Below the pieces are notes generated by a model, which saw nothing but the letters and a program-made list of their open reading frames with translations, was not told the DNA's origin and did not search any database. Shown here in pieces: positions 13,381 through 27,534 of a stretch of DNA of 64,000 nucleotides. A program made the translations under genes and the position numbers. This DNA comes from Eledone cirrhosa. Taxonomy: Eukaryota. Location of the stretch: contig OZ024741.1 of the NCBI GenBank assembly GCA_964016885.1, positions 151,032,001 through 151,096,000 of the forward strand, written 5' to 3'. Each line of letters begins with the position of its first letter. The stretch's first letter is position 1.

Positions 13381-14455
13381 AAGAGACCTACTGTGGAAGG
13401 TTCTGCAGAAGTACGGTATCGATGATCAGCTTCTTGCTGTCCTGATGTCCCCATACGAATGCCTGAGTATTTGTGTTCAGATAAATGATGCTAAATCGAG
13501 ATCATTCAATGTAGGAGTCGGACTCCGCCAAGGGTGCGTACTGTCACCTCAACTGTTCATTATTTCTATGAACAAGATTGACACACGCAGCCAGTTTGGA
13601 AGTGTTATAATGACTGGTAGGTGGAAAATCAGTCGGCTGGAATTTGCAGACAACATAGTGTTACTTAACTTGACAGAAGGTGATCTCCAGCTTGCACTTG
13701 ATAGGTTTGATGCCGAGTGATACATGGCTGGAATGAAAATCAGTGCTGCGTAAACTCAGACACTTGTTCTCTCAAGGAAGCCAGCGCAGTGCACTCTATA
13801 TGTGAATGGATTAAACCGAAGCAGCTGGAGAAGTTCAAGTATCTCGAAGCTGTGTTCCTGAGTGATGGAAGGCTGGAGGCTGAATTAAGTGCAAGAATTG
13901 CAGGAGCTGGTGAAGTAATGCGCCAACTTCAGCATTCGGTAACCAGAAGAATTGAGGTAGCCGCAAACGCCAAACTTGCTATCTTCAATTCGGTATTTGT
14001 GCCCAAACCTTCCCTATAGATATGAATCTCGAGTAATGACTGAAAGAATTCGATCGGGAATACAAGCGGCCCAAATGTGGTTCTCCCGACGGGTGTTTGG
14101 AGTAACGGTACTCGATAAAGTGCATAGCTCGGTGATCAGAGCGTCACTTCAGGTAGAGCCACTACTTCTCCGAATTGAGAGATCACAGCTCCGATAATAT
14201 GGCCAGGTGGTTAGTATGTCTCAGGACAGTATCGTTGGATACATTTTACGGGCAAAAGCAACAGCAGGAGAGCCAGGGGTAGAACCAAAGCAAGGTGGTT
14301 GGATAATATCCATGAGCTTGGCTGGTATGGCTTGGGGATCCAGCCGGAGGAGTTAGAGACGGTTGTTTCTGAGAGGGCTCACAGGAACGAGTGTTTGAGG
14401 ATTCTGTTTCCATGACCCTCTCAGGAATAAGTGAGCGGAGAAAAAGAAGGGAAGA
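13381..14455 (+). pseudogene. 5'-truncated RTE LINE (RT C-terminal half and 3' end)
   Basis: GLRQGCVLSPQLF, FADNIVLL, FKYL, IQAAQMWF and IERSQLR across frameshifts. Same family on the minus strand at 44403-44800. Confidence 0.9.
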
Positions 14456-14539
14456 AGTTATCTATAGAAAATGATTTTTCAGAGCGTGTATCAATGTATT
14501 ATACAAATATTAAAAGGTATTTTGTTTCGTGCTGACTCT

Positions 14540-14720
14540 AAAGTAAGAATACTGCAATAGCGTGGCGTTCAGAGCTCCCCAGCTCTTTAATATACTTCCA
14601 AAACATGTGAGAAACCGACATAAGATGGAAGTAGTATTCGGATTTTATTATGATTTTCTGTTGTATAAAATCCCAGATGAGCCAACCCAACACAAGACCA
14701 AGCCAAGACTCGCAAATTAT
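14540..14720 (+). pseudogene. CR1-like LINE ORF2 C-terminal fragment
   Basis: FRAPQLFNILPKHVRN...IPDEPT. Confidence 0.6.
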
Positions 14721-15065
14721 GGTGATGGGTTGAAACTTATTTATTCTTTAATAGGCAACCGAGAAAGTACGGCTGTAGAAAGTGTACACCAGCATTTCAC
14801 TAGACTGTGTGCTAGAACACGCATAAAAGTAAAAGAGTAAGCCCAATAAAATTATCATCATTAAAATATTCGGTTTCTGTTAATATATAATCAAACCCAC
14901 ACCAATACAATTTCTGGGTAAGAACAATTTTCTCAAGAACGATAATTCTTGTTTTTTTTTCTCACTTCTAGAATTCAACGTTCACTCTCATACATCTATT
15001 CATCCATACTCACGTCCTTACGTATATATACATACATACCCACACATACATGAATGTACAAATAT

Positions 15066-15105
15066 ATGTATGTAAGTATATATATATAAATAAATAAATA
15101 AATAA

Positions 15106-15151
<46 letters not shown>

Positions 15152-15317
15152 TTATTTATTTATTTATTTATATATATATACTTATATATACTTACATATG
15201 CTTTTCAAGAGTAGAGTTGAGATGGAGTGTTTTTGGTTTTTCTCGCTTATATATATATATATATATATAAGCGAGAAAAACCAAAAACACTCCATCTCAA
15301 CTCTACTCTTGAAAAGC
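15066..15317. repeat. Two adjacent palindromes centred on (TA)n
   Basis: First is (TAAA)n(TA)n(TTTA)n at 15066-15199. Second has perfect arms of about 50 bp at 15198-15247 and 15269-15317. Confidence 0.9.
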
Positions 15318-15360
15318 ACAAGAACTGCGCAACCGTTGCATTTTCGATTTCGTCATTTTT

Positions 15361-15408
<48 letters not shown>

Positions 15409-15596
15409 GTTTGTATATGTATAATAAAGCCAAAACAATGCAGGTATCGACAGGGAATAAAGAATGCAAATGCAAAAGATATTGTTGACAATTTATTTAA
15501 ATGTCCTTAATTTTCGAGATAATATCTCTTCTTCAGAGGAAAATAAAGCTCTCAAACCAGTGTTCTAAATAGCTTGCCAAGTCATGCTGACAGGAA

Positions 15597-15653
<57 letters not shown>

Positions 15654-15656
<3 letters not shown>

Positions 15657-15794
15657 CAGTCCAGAATTAGCCGTCGAAACGGCTTGAGGTCAGCCGTCGG
15701 TGTCTTACTTGTTCCTATTACCCATTCTACTGCCATAAGTATTGAGTACTTTGGTGTGTTATGGTCCACCTGGTTCCTTACCACTTTTCCTTCG

Positions 15795-15796
<2 letters not shown>
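15654..15796 (+). mobile_element. Family A copy without a fold-back arm
   Basis: gtccagaattagccgtcGAAacggct..agccGTC through ..ccttcgt, between (TA)n tracts. Confidence 0.85.
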
Positions 15797-15833
<37 letters not shown>

Positions 15834-15916
15834 TTCAAAATATTTATAAATGTAAAATATTCTCATAATCAAAATATATATTTTATTATACATATTCCAA
15901 ACGTTCATGTATACCA

Positions 15917-15997
<81 letters not shown>

Positions 15998-16149
15998 TAC
16001 AGATAGATATACACATACATACACCATATAAATATACATAGACGTCTATATACATATATATATATTATATATATTCAATATATATATATAAATGTACTCA
16101 CATATATACTCATACATCCAGTTCAATACATACATATCTACATACGTAT

Positions 16150-18170
16150 GTAGCTAGATTCTTATATACATTTGAACATACATACATACATAATACGTAC
16201 ATACATAAATATATGTATACATACATACATAATACGTACATACATAAATATATGCATACATACATATACACATAATACGTACATACATAAATATATGCAT
16301 ACATACATACATAATACGTACATATATAAATATATGCATACATACATATACACATAATACGTACATATATAAATATATGCATACATACATACATACATAA
16401 TACGTACATATATAAATATATGCATACATACATACATACATACATAATACGTACATACATAAATATATGCATACATACATATACACATACATAATACGTA
16501 CATATATAAATATATGCATACATACATAAACACATAATACGTACATACATAAATATATGCATACATACATACATAATACGTACATATATAAATATATGCA
16601 TACATACATATACACATAATACGTACATACATAAATATATGCATACATACATAATACGTACATATATAAATATATCCATACATACATATACACATAATAC
16701 GTACATATATAAATATATGCATACATACATACATACATAATACGTACATACATAAATATATCCATACATATACACATAATACGTAGATATATAAATATAT
16801 GCATACATACATATATACATACATACATACATAATACGTACATATATAAATATATGCATACATACATACATAATACGTACATATATAAATATATGCATAC
16901 ATACATATACACATAATACGTACATATATAAATATATGCATACATACATACATAATACGTACATACATAAATATATGCATACATGCATATACACATAATA
17001 CGTACATATATAAATATATGCATACATACATACATAATACGTACATACATAAATATATGCATACATACATATACACATAATACGTACATATATAAATATA
17101 TGCATACATACATATACACATACTACGTACATACATAAATATATGCATACATACATATACACATAATACGTACATATATAAATATATGCATACATACATA
17201 TACACATAATACGTACATATATAAATATATGCATACATACATACATACATAATACGTACATATATAAATATATGCATACATACATATACACATAATACGT
17301 ACATATATAAATATATGCATACATACATATACACATAATACGTACATATATAAATATATGCATACATACATACATAATACGTACATACATAAATATATGC
17401 ATACATGCATATACACATAATACGTACATATATAAATATATGCATACATACATACATACATAATACGTACATATATAAATATATGCATACATACATATAC
17501 ACATAATACGTACATATATAAATATATGCATACATACATACATACATAATACGTACATACATAAATATATGCATACATACATATGCACATAATACGTACA
17601 TATATAAATATATGTATACATACATACATACATACATAATACGTACATACATAAATATATGCATACATACATATACACATAATACGTACATATATAAATA
17701 TATGCATACATACATACATACATAATACGTACATACATAAATATATGCATACATACATATGCACATAATACGTACATACATAAATATATGCATACATACA
17801 TACATACATAATACGTACATATATAAATATATGCATACATACATATACACATAATACGTACATATATAAATATATGCATACATACATACATAATACGTAC
17901 ATACATAAATATATGCATACATACATATGCACATAATACGTACATATATAAATATATGTATACATACATACATACATAATACGTACATACATAAATATAT
18001 GCATACATACATACATAATACGTACATATATAAATATATGCATACATACATACATACATAATACGTACATACATAAATGCATACATACATATACACATAA
18101 TACGAACATACATAAATATATGCGTACATACATATACACATAATACGTACATACATAAATATATGCATAC
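16150..18170. repeat. Minisatellite of about 36-44 bp units, roughly 50 copies
   Basis: Unit cataatacgtacata(t/c)ataaatatatgcatacatac plus variable TACA/TA blocks. It explains the 700-aa pseudo-ORFs. Confidence 0.95.
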
Positions 18171-18629
18171 ATACATACATACATACATACATACATACAT
18201 ACATACATACATACACATATACATTCGCACATACATACATACACACATGCATACATATATACATACAAACACACCTATTTCCCCTTTTTCTCACGTTCTT
18301 CGTCTGTTGGATAAGTTATCGTTACTGTGTCGCAAGTATAATGAATAGCAATGCCAAGCAAGATAGAAAGCTATGTCGATTATCTGTCGCCTTGTCAACT
18401 GTGACGTCACACTTAATAGACGAAGGTCAGCCGTTTCCTCTTCACATAGCGTCGGTTGGCATGGTTGCAAAGGTTTCCGAGTCCAAACTGATTTCTAGAA
18501 AGTTCTTTGCGAAAAATTCTTTTCAATTATCAGATTAGTTGCGACAAGAGTGAAAGTGGTTCACTTTGTGTACTTGACTATATATTTTTATATATATAGA
18601 GATATACGTATATATATATATATATATGT

Positions 18630-18674
<45 letters not shown>

Positions 18675-18748
18675 CACGTATCTGTATATATGTTTGTACA
18701 TGCGTATGTATATATGCATATATATAAGCATACATACTTACACACGTA

Positions 18749-18911
<163 letters not shown>

Positions 18912-19161
18912 GAATATATGATAAGACAATAAAACTATAAGAAGCAGACACACAGAAATAACACAATACAAGAGACAATGGTGATGGTAGTAGTTTAGTT
19001 GGAATAGAATATAGTTATAACTTTAATGTTTTAGAGGTAAGTCTTTCATCTAAAAGGAAAGGTAAATAAATGGCAAGAGCAAATAGAAATCATCGAATAT
19101 AAAATGGAATGACGAAAAATGATACATGGTGTTATATATATATACATGTGTGTGTGTGTGG

Positions 19162-19219
<58 letters not shown>

Positions 19220-19414
19220 TTTTTGGGGGGTGTATTGGAAAAATGGTATGAAGCTGTATTGGTCTTTGCCTTTCACTTGGATCACGACAGTCGCGTGGAG
19301 AAGGAGACTGCTAGTCTTCCACCAAATGACCTTGCCTAGAGGGGAACATATTCTCTCTCTCTCTCTCTCTCACACACACATACACAGACACACACAGACA
19401 TGCACACACAGACA

Positions 19415-19470
<56 letters not shown>

Positions 19471-19844
19471 CAATTGGAAGCTTAGTAAAAATCGAAGCTT
19501 TTGCTGCGGTCAAGCAAAATCGACCTACAATAAGGGTAGGCCCTCAGAGTAATAACATACGTTTCGATAGCTTGACAAATTGAATATTGCGGCAGGCAAA
19601 ACCCAGCCATACAATACCAAAACAACGAAAAAACTAATCAGGTTATATATATATATATTCAGCATGTTTCAAAAAGGCTATACTTCAAATGGCTATATCT
19701 TTTAAACAAATGGCCATATAATCATGCGATAACTTGTTCAATACATGTCTGAATATAAAGTTTTAAATAAAATCAGATGATTTGTTTTCACTGTACACGT
19801 ATGTATATATATGTATGCTTTTCTTTCTCTTAATTTCGAGTACA

Positions 19845-20435
19845 TTTTTCACCGGCGACCTTCTTGGTGGCAAGGTTGTAAAAGAAAAGAAATTGTCAGC
19901 CTGTGAATCACAAGAATGTTTTGCAAATTTTGATGGTGCCATCTATTGCAAACATTTGTAGTCTATATATTAGGGAGCTGCGCTCTTTGTCCATAAATCC
20001 AAGTTCAGTCATATATATGTATGTATGAATGTATGAGAGTCGGTCTCTTATTTGTTCTGCATAGATATTCTCCTTTTCGGTAATCTTTAATAATATATTG
20101 GCATCTGCTGGGTAGCTAACGTCTACAACTGTGCATGCCGTCTGTTCCCCTCCCATATAATTATATCTGGTCTGTTATCCCTGCATGTTATTGGGGGTTT
20201 GACTGAACATTCCACCAGTACTCTTTCATATTATGTATGTGTATGTCTTCCACATTGCTGTAGCTTTTAATGTGTTTATTTTCGGGGTTATCTTTTCTAC
20301 GGATTGCATTGTACAGTGTTTTATCCATCATAGATAGTACCGTGATGACATCTTTGGACAGCTGTTTATGACATGGGTGACATCTTTGATGTTAATTCTG
20401 CAGTCTGCATTTGTTGTCACATCTAGGTGTTCTGC
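19845..20435 (-). pseudogene. 3' fragment of an R4/Dong-type RLE LINE
   Basis: THVINSCPKMSSRYYL and VDVSYPADANILLKITEKENIYAE match 53460-54030. Confidence 0.85.
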
Positions 20436-21008
20436 ATGCATGTATTTATGTGGAAGAGAGTGTAGATCAGCAGGAGGGTCCAAACGACATACAAAAGTAC
20501 ATGAAATCAAAAACCAACTGGCTATTGCCAGTGAAAGCTTTGGTTGCCAACTCTGTGCAAGACATTTTAGATCATTGGCTGGGCTAAAAAGCCAGATTCG
20601 ATCGAAGCACCGTTAATTATTAATATATACGTTTTCGTGCAATGGCCATACTCAATAACGAGGGGGCAGCCATAATCATGTATGTATGTATGTATGTATG
20701 TATGTATGTATGTATGTATGTTCTTCTTTTTGGTAAATATCATCTTGGTTAAGAGAGTGGGACTGGCTTTGTGCAGTGCCATTGCTCACTATAAAAGCTT
20801 CACGGCACAGGCATTGCTTTATATCTGGAGATCTCTCTGCACTTGTCGTCACATGGTACCATGGGCCCAGCACTATGTGTCAATAATTGTCACAAGTGTA
20901 GTGTTTGTACCAGAGTTTTCAAGTCGCTGGCTGGACTAAAAAGTCACACTCACTCAGCACATCGGTAGGGGTTCTCCTACATGGATATAAAGTATTGGCA
21001 GCCACCAT
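20436..21008 (+). mobile_element. Two RTE-type 3' ends with C2H2-like fingers, separated by (TATG)n
   Basis: CGRECRSAGGSKRHTKVH and CQLCARHFRSLAGLKSQ. Region 20720-21008 is the reverse complement of the 3' part of the 50117-51376 units. Confidence 0.75.
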
Positions 21009-22189
21009 GTATGTATGTATGTACGTATGTAATATGTATGTATATATGTATGTATGTATGTATTTATCTATCAATTTATCTATCTATCTACCTATCTATC
21101 TATTATCTATCTATCTATTTATCTATCTATCTGTCTCTCGATAAAATTAATTCAAAAAGCGTTGGGGGACGACGACGGAGAAACGAATGAAACACAAGAC
21201 AGATCCCCCTCATCAATATTTGTGGGCCTAATGCTTTCAGTGCATTAAGTATGTTATGATTCAGTAAGTAGCTGGGTGTACAAATATATATATTTTTATT
21301 TTGAATAAATATATTTTCTTCTATTTATTCTTGTGTGGTCTGTGTGTGTGTCTGTGTCCATGTCTGTGTAGCAATATATATATGTATATATATCTACTAT
21401 ATAAATTGGAAGTGGTCGGACGTTGTATATTTAAGTAAGTAGGTGTAGTCGGATAAACGTCGAAATGGCTTGGTGGAATGCAGCGAAAATTTACACAGTT
21501 ATGCAGAATGACCCGAGGAGGCGTTGGGTCGACTTTCAAGCAACAAGCTTCCATGGTTACGGAGATAATCGATGAAACATGAATTTCCCATTCGAATTGA
21601 ACTGAGAGTAATCTGTGAACTCAGAAGTAAATATTTTGAGAAACGTTGCAACCGAACGAAAACAGGAAGACGATATTTTGGTTCGTGAAGACGTTCCCTG
21701 GCAATGAACGGGAAAAAAGCGAGGATAATACGTCGTTATGTGGAGCGAGAAGAACAGTATCATGCAAAGACAAGACCAAGTTTATGGTATAAATGGAGTC
21801 GTTAGACTAATATTCTATTTAACATAACAGAATGATTTCCAGCCCCGGAGTTTAAGAAGGATGTAAATAACATTGAAAACGAAAATGACAGAGGTTATTA
21901 AAATAGTAAAAGTAAATAGTGAAGATTTAGGCCAGTACATACGTATGCCCCGACGGACATACACTTACATACGCACACACAAATGCATACACCCCCCCCC
22001 ACACACACACACACACGCGCGCGCGCGCACGCGACCTTATGCATTTCTACAGTATTTTCACTAAACTTAAGGTATAGGTTACTTATGTACTCCGGATGAT
22101 CATGGGCACTTTCATTTTTCCAGATATTGATTATAGGGCCTCCCGGCAGATAACCCCCTTTAACCACTTCCTTGGAGTCGACTGAAGCA

Positions 22190-22461
22190 CTGCAGTGCAA
22201 TGCAACAAAACGTCATAACTTCTGGAGTTCGCAACCGATTTTCACAAAACTTGACACATGGGCTACGTTTGTCCTACTGATGAATGTGAACTCCCAGACT
22301 TGGCACATATTGAATAGGGGACCCCAGGGGACAGGAACCCCCTTTTGGAAAAAGCCGATGATTTTGTAAAAGTATAGTTTTCGAAGCAGCACTGAAGTAT
22401 TGACATAAATGGTATACACAACTGCTATTTAATACCCGAGCAACGCCGGGTACCTCTGCTA

Positions 22462-22462
<1 letters not shown>
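22190..22462 (+). mobile_element. Non-autonomous Helitron-like element, 3' part
   Basis: Subterminal hairpin cccgagcaacgccggg then tacctctgCTAG followed by T. Internal caaccgattttcacaaaactt resembles 48290-48315. Confidence 0.75.
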
Positions 22463-22515
<53 letters not shown>

Positions 22516-22710
22516 TTTTTCTCAAGATTCAGTTCTGTCGTTGCTACGGAACCCGGCTGAATTACCAGTCGCTGTCTTCATTTTGCAAAGCCCTTTAAAC
22601 TGTATGTTATTACTCTGAGGTTCTATATCTTGTCGAGTGCTTGGCTGCACTGCTGAAACCATTCGTCGGCTTAGCTGCGACTCGAGCTTCGAATATGCTG
22701 TACTTCCATT

Positions 22711-22802
<92 letters not shown>

Positions 22803-23088
22803 TATATATATATACACACAAATGATACGTATGATTACATCTATACCTATATGACTTGGATAATTGAAGTCATTCGTTACCCCATGTGGTATGCTGGGAA
22901 ACTTAGGATTGCATGGATTCACAGCCCCACAGCTATGATACGGAGATATTGATCCCAACAGGAGACTGGAGTAGATGATATTGTAATCGTAAGGGATAAC
23001 ACGGACGAGTGGAACACATAGATACATGTATGTATGTATATATATATATATATATGTGTGTGCGTGTGTGCGTGGGTCTATGTAGACT

Positions 23089-23126
<38 letters not shown>

Positions 23127-23846
23127 TACGCAAACGTTATGTTCTACTGATATATATGATGATTGCTTTCACCTGCTTCCACTACGCTTTGCTTTAGCGA
23201 CCTATATGTTCTGTGAACCACACAGATAAATTGCATTTGAACGCCACCTATAACACTTGTTGCCATACTGTGATGGATACATGGAATTCCACTATATGAT
23301 CGCTTCATCTGACTCTGCTTACATTCACTTTGGTTGATACCATTCTTAAACTGTCACCTCTGGAATCCTGTACTGTCTACAACCATATTTACTTGCATTT
23401 ATTTACATTGCTTATATAATGTGTTACCTTTTATGTTTCATTTTTATTTTTATTTTTATCACCTCCTATTTTTTATTCTAATGTTTATTTAAATTTTATT
23501 ATTTGTTATTATTTTTTACATTTCCTTATACTATCATCACTTTATTGTTATCTTTATTTCTCCTTACTTCTAGAATCTACCCTTTACGTTTTATCTCTTA
23601 TCTTTAATTACTTTATCTTTTATTTTTCCTTATCTTTAACTATTTTTCCTTATTCTTCCTTATTTTTCTCTATCTTTCCTTATCTTTAATTATTGTAACT
23701 AATTTTGGACTTAATATGCATCGGCTTCTAGCGGTGACGCGTCGTCCAAGCACCCCACTCTTCTTAGTCCTCTCTGCTTCATATGGATCGTTCTTCTGAT
23801 ATAGGTCGGTAGAGCTTATACTATTGATCTAATTCCTCTTTATAAC

Positions 23847-23891
23847 GCTCTGATGAGTCCTGCAATTATGCAAGGACGAAACACAGTCAGC
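23847..23891 (+). ncRNA. Type I minimal hammerhead ribozyme (cleanest example)
   Basis: gct-CTGATGA-gtcc-tgcaattatgca-aggac-GAA-ac-aca-GTC-agc. Intact core and a G10.1-C11.1 pair. It follows a pyrimidine-rich tract and precedes (TA)n, as in the PLE 3' end at 41195-43139. Confidence 0.9.
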
Positions 23892-24068
23892 AAATAAATA
23901 TTAATTGATGATGTAAGCGGTCTTTGTTTTTCTTCCATATAACGGCTCTGCTTTCAAGCATTGAGGTAATTAAATACTGTCATATATTCGACAGGACGCC
24001 TGTATCTTATACACACGTTCTGTTGTCTAAACATAATAATTATATATATATATATATATATAAACATT

Positions 24069-24419
24069 AAGTATAAGCTAACAGGATAAAATTAACTTCG
24101 TTTGGTCATAGTCACTGTTATATATATTTCGGTGATAACCATTATGCAACAACTCAGATCTCACCAGACAGCTAGAATTTGAACAGAAAACATGCTACCG
24201 GGGATTTGAGAAAGCAACACCAAAATTCAGCCCGGAGCATATCTATGGAATCGAAACAACAGAAGTCAGGAATATTTTATCTTCCTGTTTTTCTGGGTAT
24301 TTTCCGTTCAAATTCTGGCTGTCTGATGCGGTCATACCTGTAACATAATGTTTAACACCGAAATATATATAACATTGACTATGAATAAACGAGGTTAATT
24401 TTAACCTGTTAACTTATAC
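24069..24419. mobile_element. Diverged inverted repeat with a hammerhead in each arm (24319-24375 on +)
   Basis: tgt-CTGATG(c)-ggt...acc-GAA-atatatat-A-aca. The left arm on the minus strand reads ctgt-CTGGTGA...acc-GAA-atatatat-A-acag. Confidence 0.65.
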
Positions 24420-24536
24420 ACTTGATTTTTATAAATATACTCCTGAGTAAATATACCCACCGGCGCACTTCGTCGAGTGCTGTATACTGAAGTGTTGGTG
24501 ATTTTTGAACCCCACCTCTAAACAATTAATTAATTG

Positions 24537-24579
<43 letters not shown>

Positions 24580-24584
24580 GTATA

Positions 24585-24660
<76 letters not shown>

Positions 24661-25130
24661 TATATATAAATATATATATCGCCTAATAGAGGTGTTGCCT
24701 CCCTTGCTGAACCCCACGTGGGGTCAGTAATACCCACACTTATCTATAGCATTTTGGAGCAAAACCCGTTGATAACACGGCTTCCTTGTTCAATCATCTT
24801 ACCAGAAGCCCAACATTCTTTATGTAGGCGGACAGTACCTGATTTTGGAGTCGCAGAAACCAATAGTGGATTTGACCATCAGTCCAGGGTCCGGGAAAGT
24901 ATCAACACATATATTTTTATTGTTTGACCCGAATTACTTGGTCGTTTGTTTTGGCTGTGCGGATGATATGTTTAACCATCATCTCAGTGTGTTTTGGCCC
25001 TTAACGTATGTTGTAGCTCTGATTCACATGAATCATCGAGCGCTTGCCACACATATCGGACGTTGATTTTCGTTAATTCCTGACCTGAAATACGATTCTC
25101 GCTAATTTATATTTATATATATATATATAT

Positions 25131-25333
25131 AACGAAGGAATTGTGGTAAGGAACCAGATGGACCATAATGCACCAAAGTACTCAATACTTAGGGTAGTAG
25201 AGTGGGTAATAGGAACAAGTATGACCCCGACAGCAGAGCTCAACCCGTTTCGACGGCTATTGCTGGACTCAAATAGTCCAGAAATAGCCGTCGAAACAGC
25301 TTGAGCTCTGCCGTCGGGGTCATACTTGTTCCT
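25131..25333 (-). mobile_element. Family A fold-back element
   Basis: Arms at about 25210-25269 and 25276-25333, (TA)n on both sides. Confidence 0.85.
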
Positions 25334-25344
25334 ATATATATATA

Positions 25345-25560
25345 TATATATATCGTTTGTGCTGAAGATAAACCAAAGAGCGCGATAAAAGCTTTCTACC
25401 AGAGACGTCGCAATCCATTTCTGCAGCTGAGTAAACTGGAGCAAGGTGAAATGAAATTTCTTGATCAAGAACACAACGCAAATAAAGTGTCTTGCGGCAA
25501 TCAAACGCAAAATGTCACGATTGTGAACGCAACGCTCTAATCACTAAGCGACGTGCCTCA
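25345..25560 (-). mobile_element. tRNA-derived SINE with a V/CORE-like domain
   Basis: The minus strand has an A-box-like head and gtgttcttgatcaagaaatttcatttcaccttgctccag. Related copy at 29010-29121 (+). Confidence 0.65.
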
Positions 25561-26617
25561 CATTTACTTTTGTGCGTGCGTGCATGTATGTGTGTTTGTA
25601 GGAGTTAATCAACTTATCTTTCTACCAACCAATCTATCTATAAGATATAAATAAGACAAGACCTATGTATTCTGTTTGTATGTGGTTGATATTCCATTGC
25701 TTGCCAGTTGCAAACATGAAAGGTTGAACCATTCTATACAGAGTTTACTTAATACATGCAATTGTAAGATAAATCAATGTATTCCAAGCACGGAATGCTT
25801 CAGAAGTGAAACCGCATTTAAATTACTATTAATTATTTATTTTATTTTATATCGTATTTAGAAACTATAAATATATCATAGATTTAATTACACTGTGTGA
25901 ATCTGGTTTAGAATAGGTACACTCTATCTATACATGTCGAATGAGGCGACTAAAATGTTTAGCATCAGAAAAACGTTGCCTAAACTCGGGCCTCATAATG
26001 ATTATCAATTCTATGATGGAGCTCACCTTAAAGCAACTATTGTTATTGATGTTATTGCTATATTGCTACTGGCATGGATTACAGGTCTTCAATGAGCCTA
26101 AAACGCCGATTCTTGGCATTGCTGGCGCGGCCGGAGTCATTATTGGTCCCTAACCTCTGATTCAGTCGTAAAGGCATCGTAATGACAGCTGAGCTTTATA
26201 GCATTTGGGTTCAGAGTGCAGAGAGCTGGGACGAAAACTAAAAAGAATTTAATTTGACGTTCTAATGACTTCGCTATATCATCGTTTGTATGTATGTACT
26301 TATATGAAGGGCGGAGGAACTCAGCCGAGTCAACAGCCATCCAAATAGTCATTTTTTCCACCTGGAGGTGAAAGGCCCCCAGTTGTTGTCACAACACCTT
26401 TCTAAGAAAGGGAAACTCTGAAAAAAAGATCTGCGGCTTTGGAAGCATCCGATGATGTTGACAAGTTCTTTTCGGGTAGTGTTTTCGATGCTCAGAGAGT
26501 GGGATTGGTCAAGTGCAAGACCTTTCCCCACTTAAAAAACCTTCAAAGCACAGGCGATTGCAATACTCTTGGCAGAGTTTGCAGCCATCATATATATATA
26601 TATATATATATATTAAA

Positions 26618-27299
26618 AATGTAAGTTATCGCCGTATTTTGACTAAAGAAATTGTTTAGCCTGATAGTGGGGTTAAGAACCCTCGGAGAAATGGAAAAAT
26701 ATGAGTATTGACGTACATGGGAGTCGAACCCACATCTTTGGTTATCCGGACCACTGTGCTACCAATTACACCAACACATTACCCGTCTTTTTCCATTCAA
26801 ATTAGAAGCTATAAACTTAGCGACTGTAATGTCAAGTAAGAATATTTTCAAAACAGCGAGTTGGTTTGAAATTATTAGAAATGTAAGCTATCGCCGTATT
26901 TTGACTAAAGAAATTAAAGAAATTATTTAGCCTGATAGTGGGGTTAAGAACCCTCGGAGAAATGGAAAAAGATGAGTATTGACGTACATGGGAGGCGAAC
27001 CCACATCTTTGGTTATCCGGACCACTGACATTACAGTCGCTAAGTTTATAGCTTCTAATTTGAATGGAAAAAGACGGGTGATGTGTTGGTGTAAATGGTA
27101 GCACAGTGGTCCGGATAACCAAAGATATGGGTTCGACTCCCATGTACGTCAATACTCATCTTTTTCCATTTCTCCGAGGGTTCTTAACCCCACTATCAGG
27201 CTAAATAATTTCTTTAATTTCTTTAGTCAAAATACGGCGATAGCTTACATTTCTAATAATTTCAAACCAACTTGCTGTTTCGAAAATATTCTTACTTGA
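26618..27299. mobile_element. About 274-bp unit: two tandem minus copies plus one inverted plus copy, between (TA)n tracts
   Basis: 27026-27299 is the reverse complement of 26618-26832 and of 26832-27025. Confidence 0.9.
27080..27151 (+). tRNA. tRNA-like cloverleaf (pseudo-tRNA with a non-canonical anticodon loop)
   Basis: Acceptor GATGTGT/GTACGTC, D arm GTGT/GCAC, TGGT-CCGGATA-ACCA, T arm ATGGG-TTCGACT-CCCAT, and a T5 run at 27161. Minus copies at 26709-26780 and 26981-27025. Confidence 0.6.
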
Positions 27300-27534
27300 T
27301 ATATATATATATATATATATACATATATCTATACGAGATAGAATGAGCGCAACACGTGTCTCTCTCTTGGATTAATATTGATTTAAAATCAATCAGTTAG
27401 TAGGTTCACGCCAAAGAAAGGAAAACATAATACACTGATCATATCAGGTTTGGTTATTCGATTACGAGCTCTAGATAAGTATTAACGTTCATTTGCTGAG
27501 ATAAATGAGAAATTACGCGAAACTACGCCATTAA

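Noticed and set aside
16150-18170. CRISPR-like periodicity
   Set aside because: There are no unique spacers and no cas genes, and the context is eukaryotic.
16110-18294. ORFs of 700+ aa on the minus strand
   Set aside because: They are translations of a stop-poor minisatellite (Y/M/C/V/I only).
20368-20616. Host C2H2 zinc-finger gene
   Set aside because: The fingers lie at an RTE-type 3' end followed by the family tail and (TATG)n.
21385-21875. CpG-richer unique stretch as a promoter or exon
   Set aside because: No supporting ORF, splice pattern or repeat partner in the window.
27080-27151. Functional tRNA-Ser(GGA)
   Set aside because: No U33 or R37, a short variable arm, several G-U acceptor pairs, and it lies in a repeated unit.
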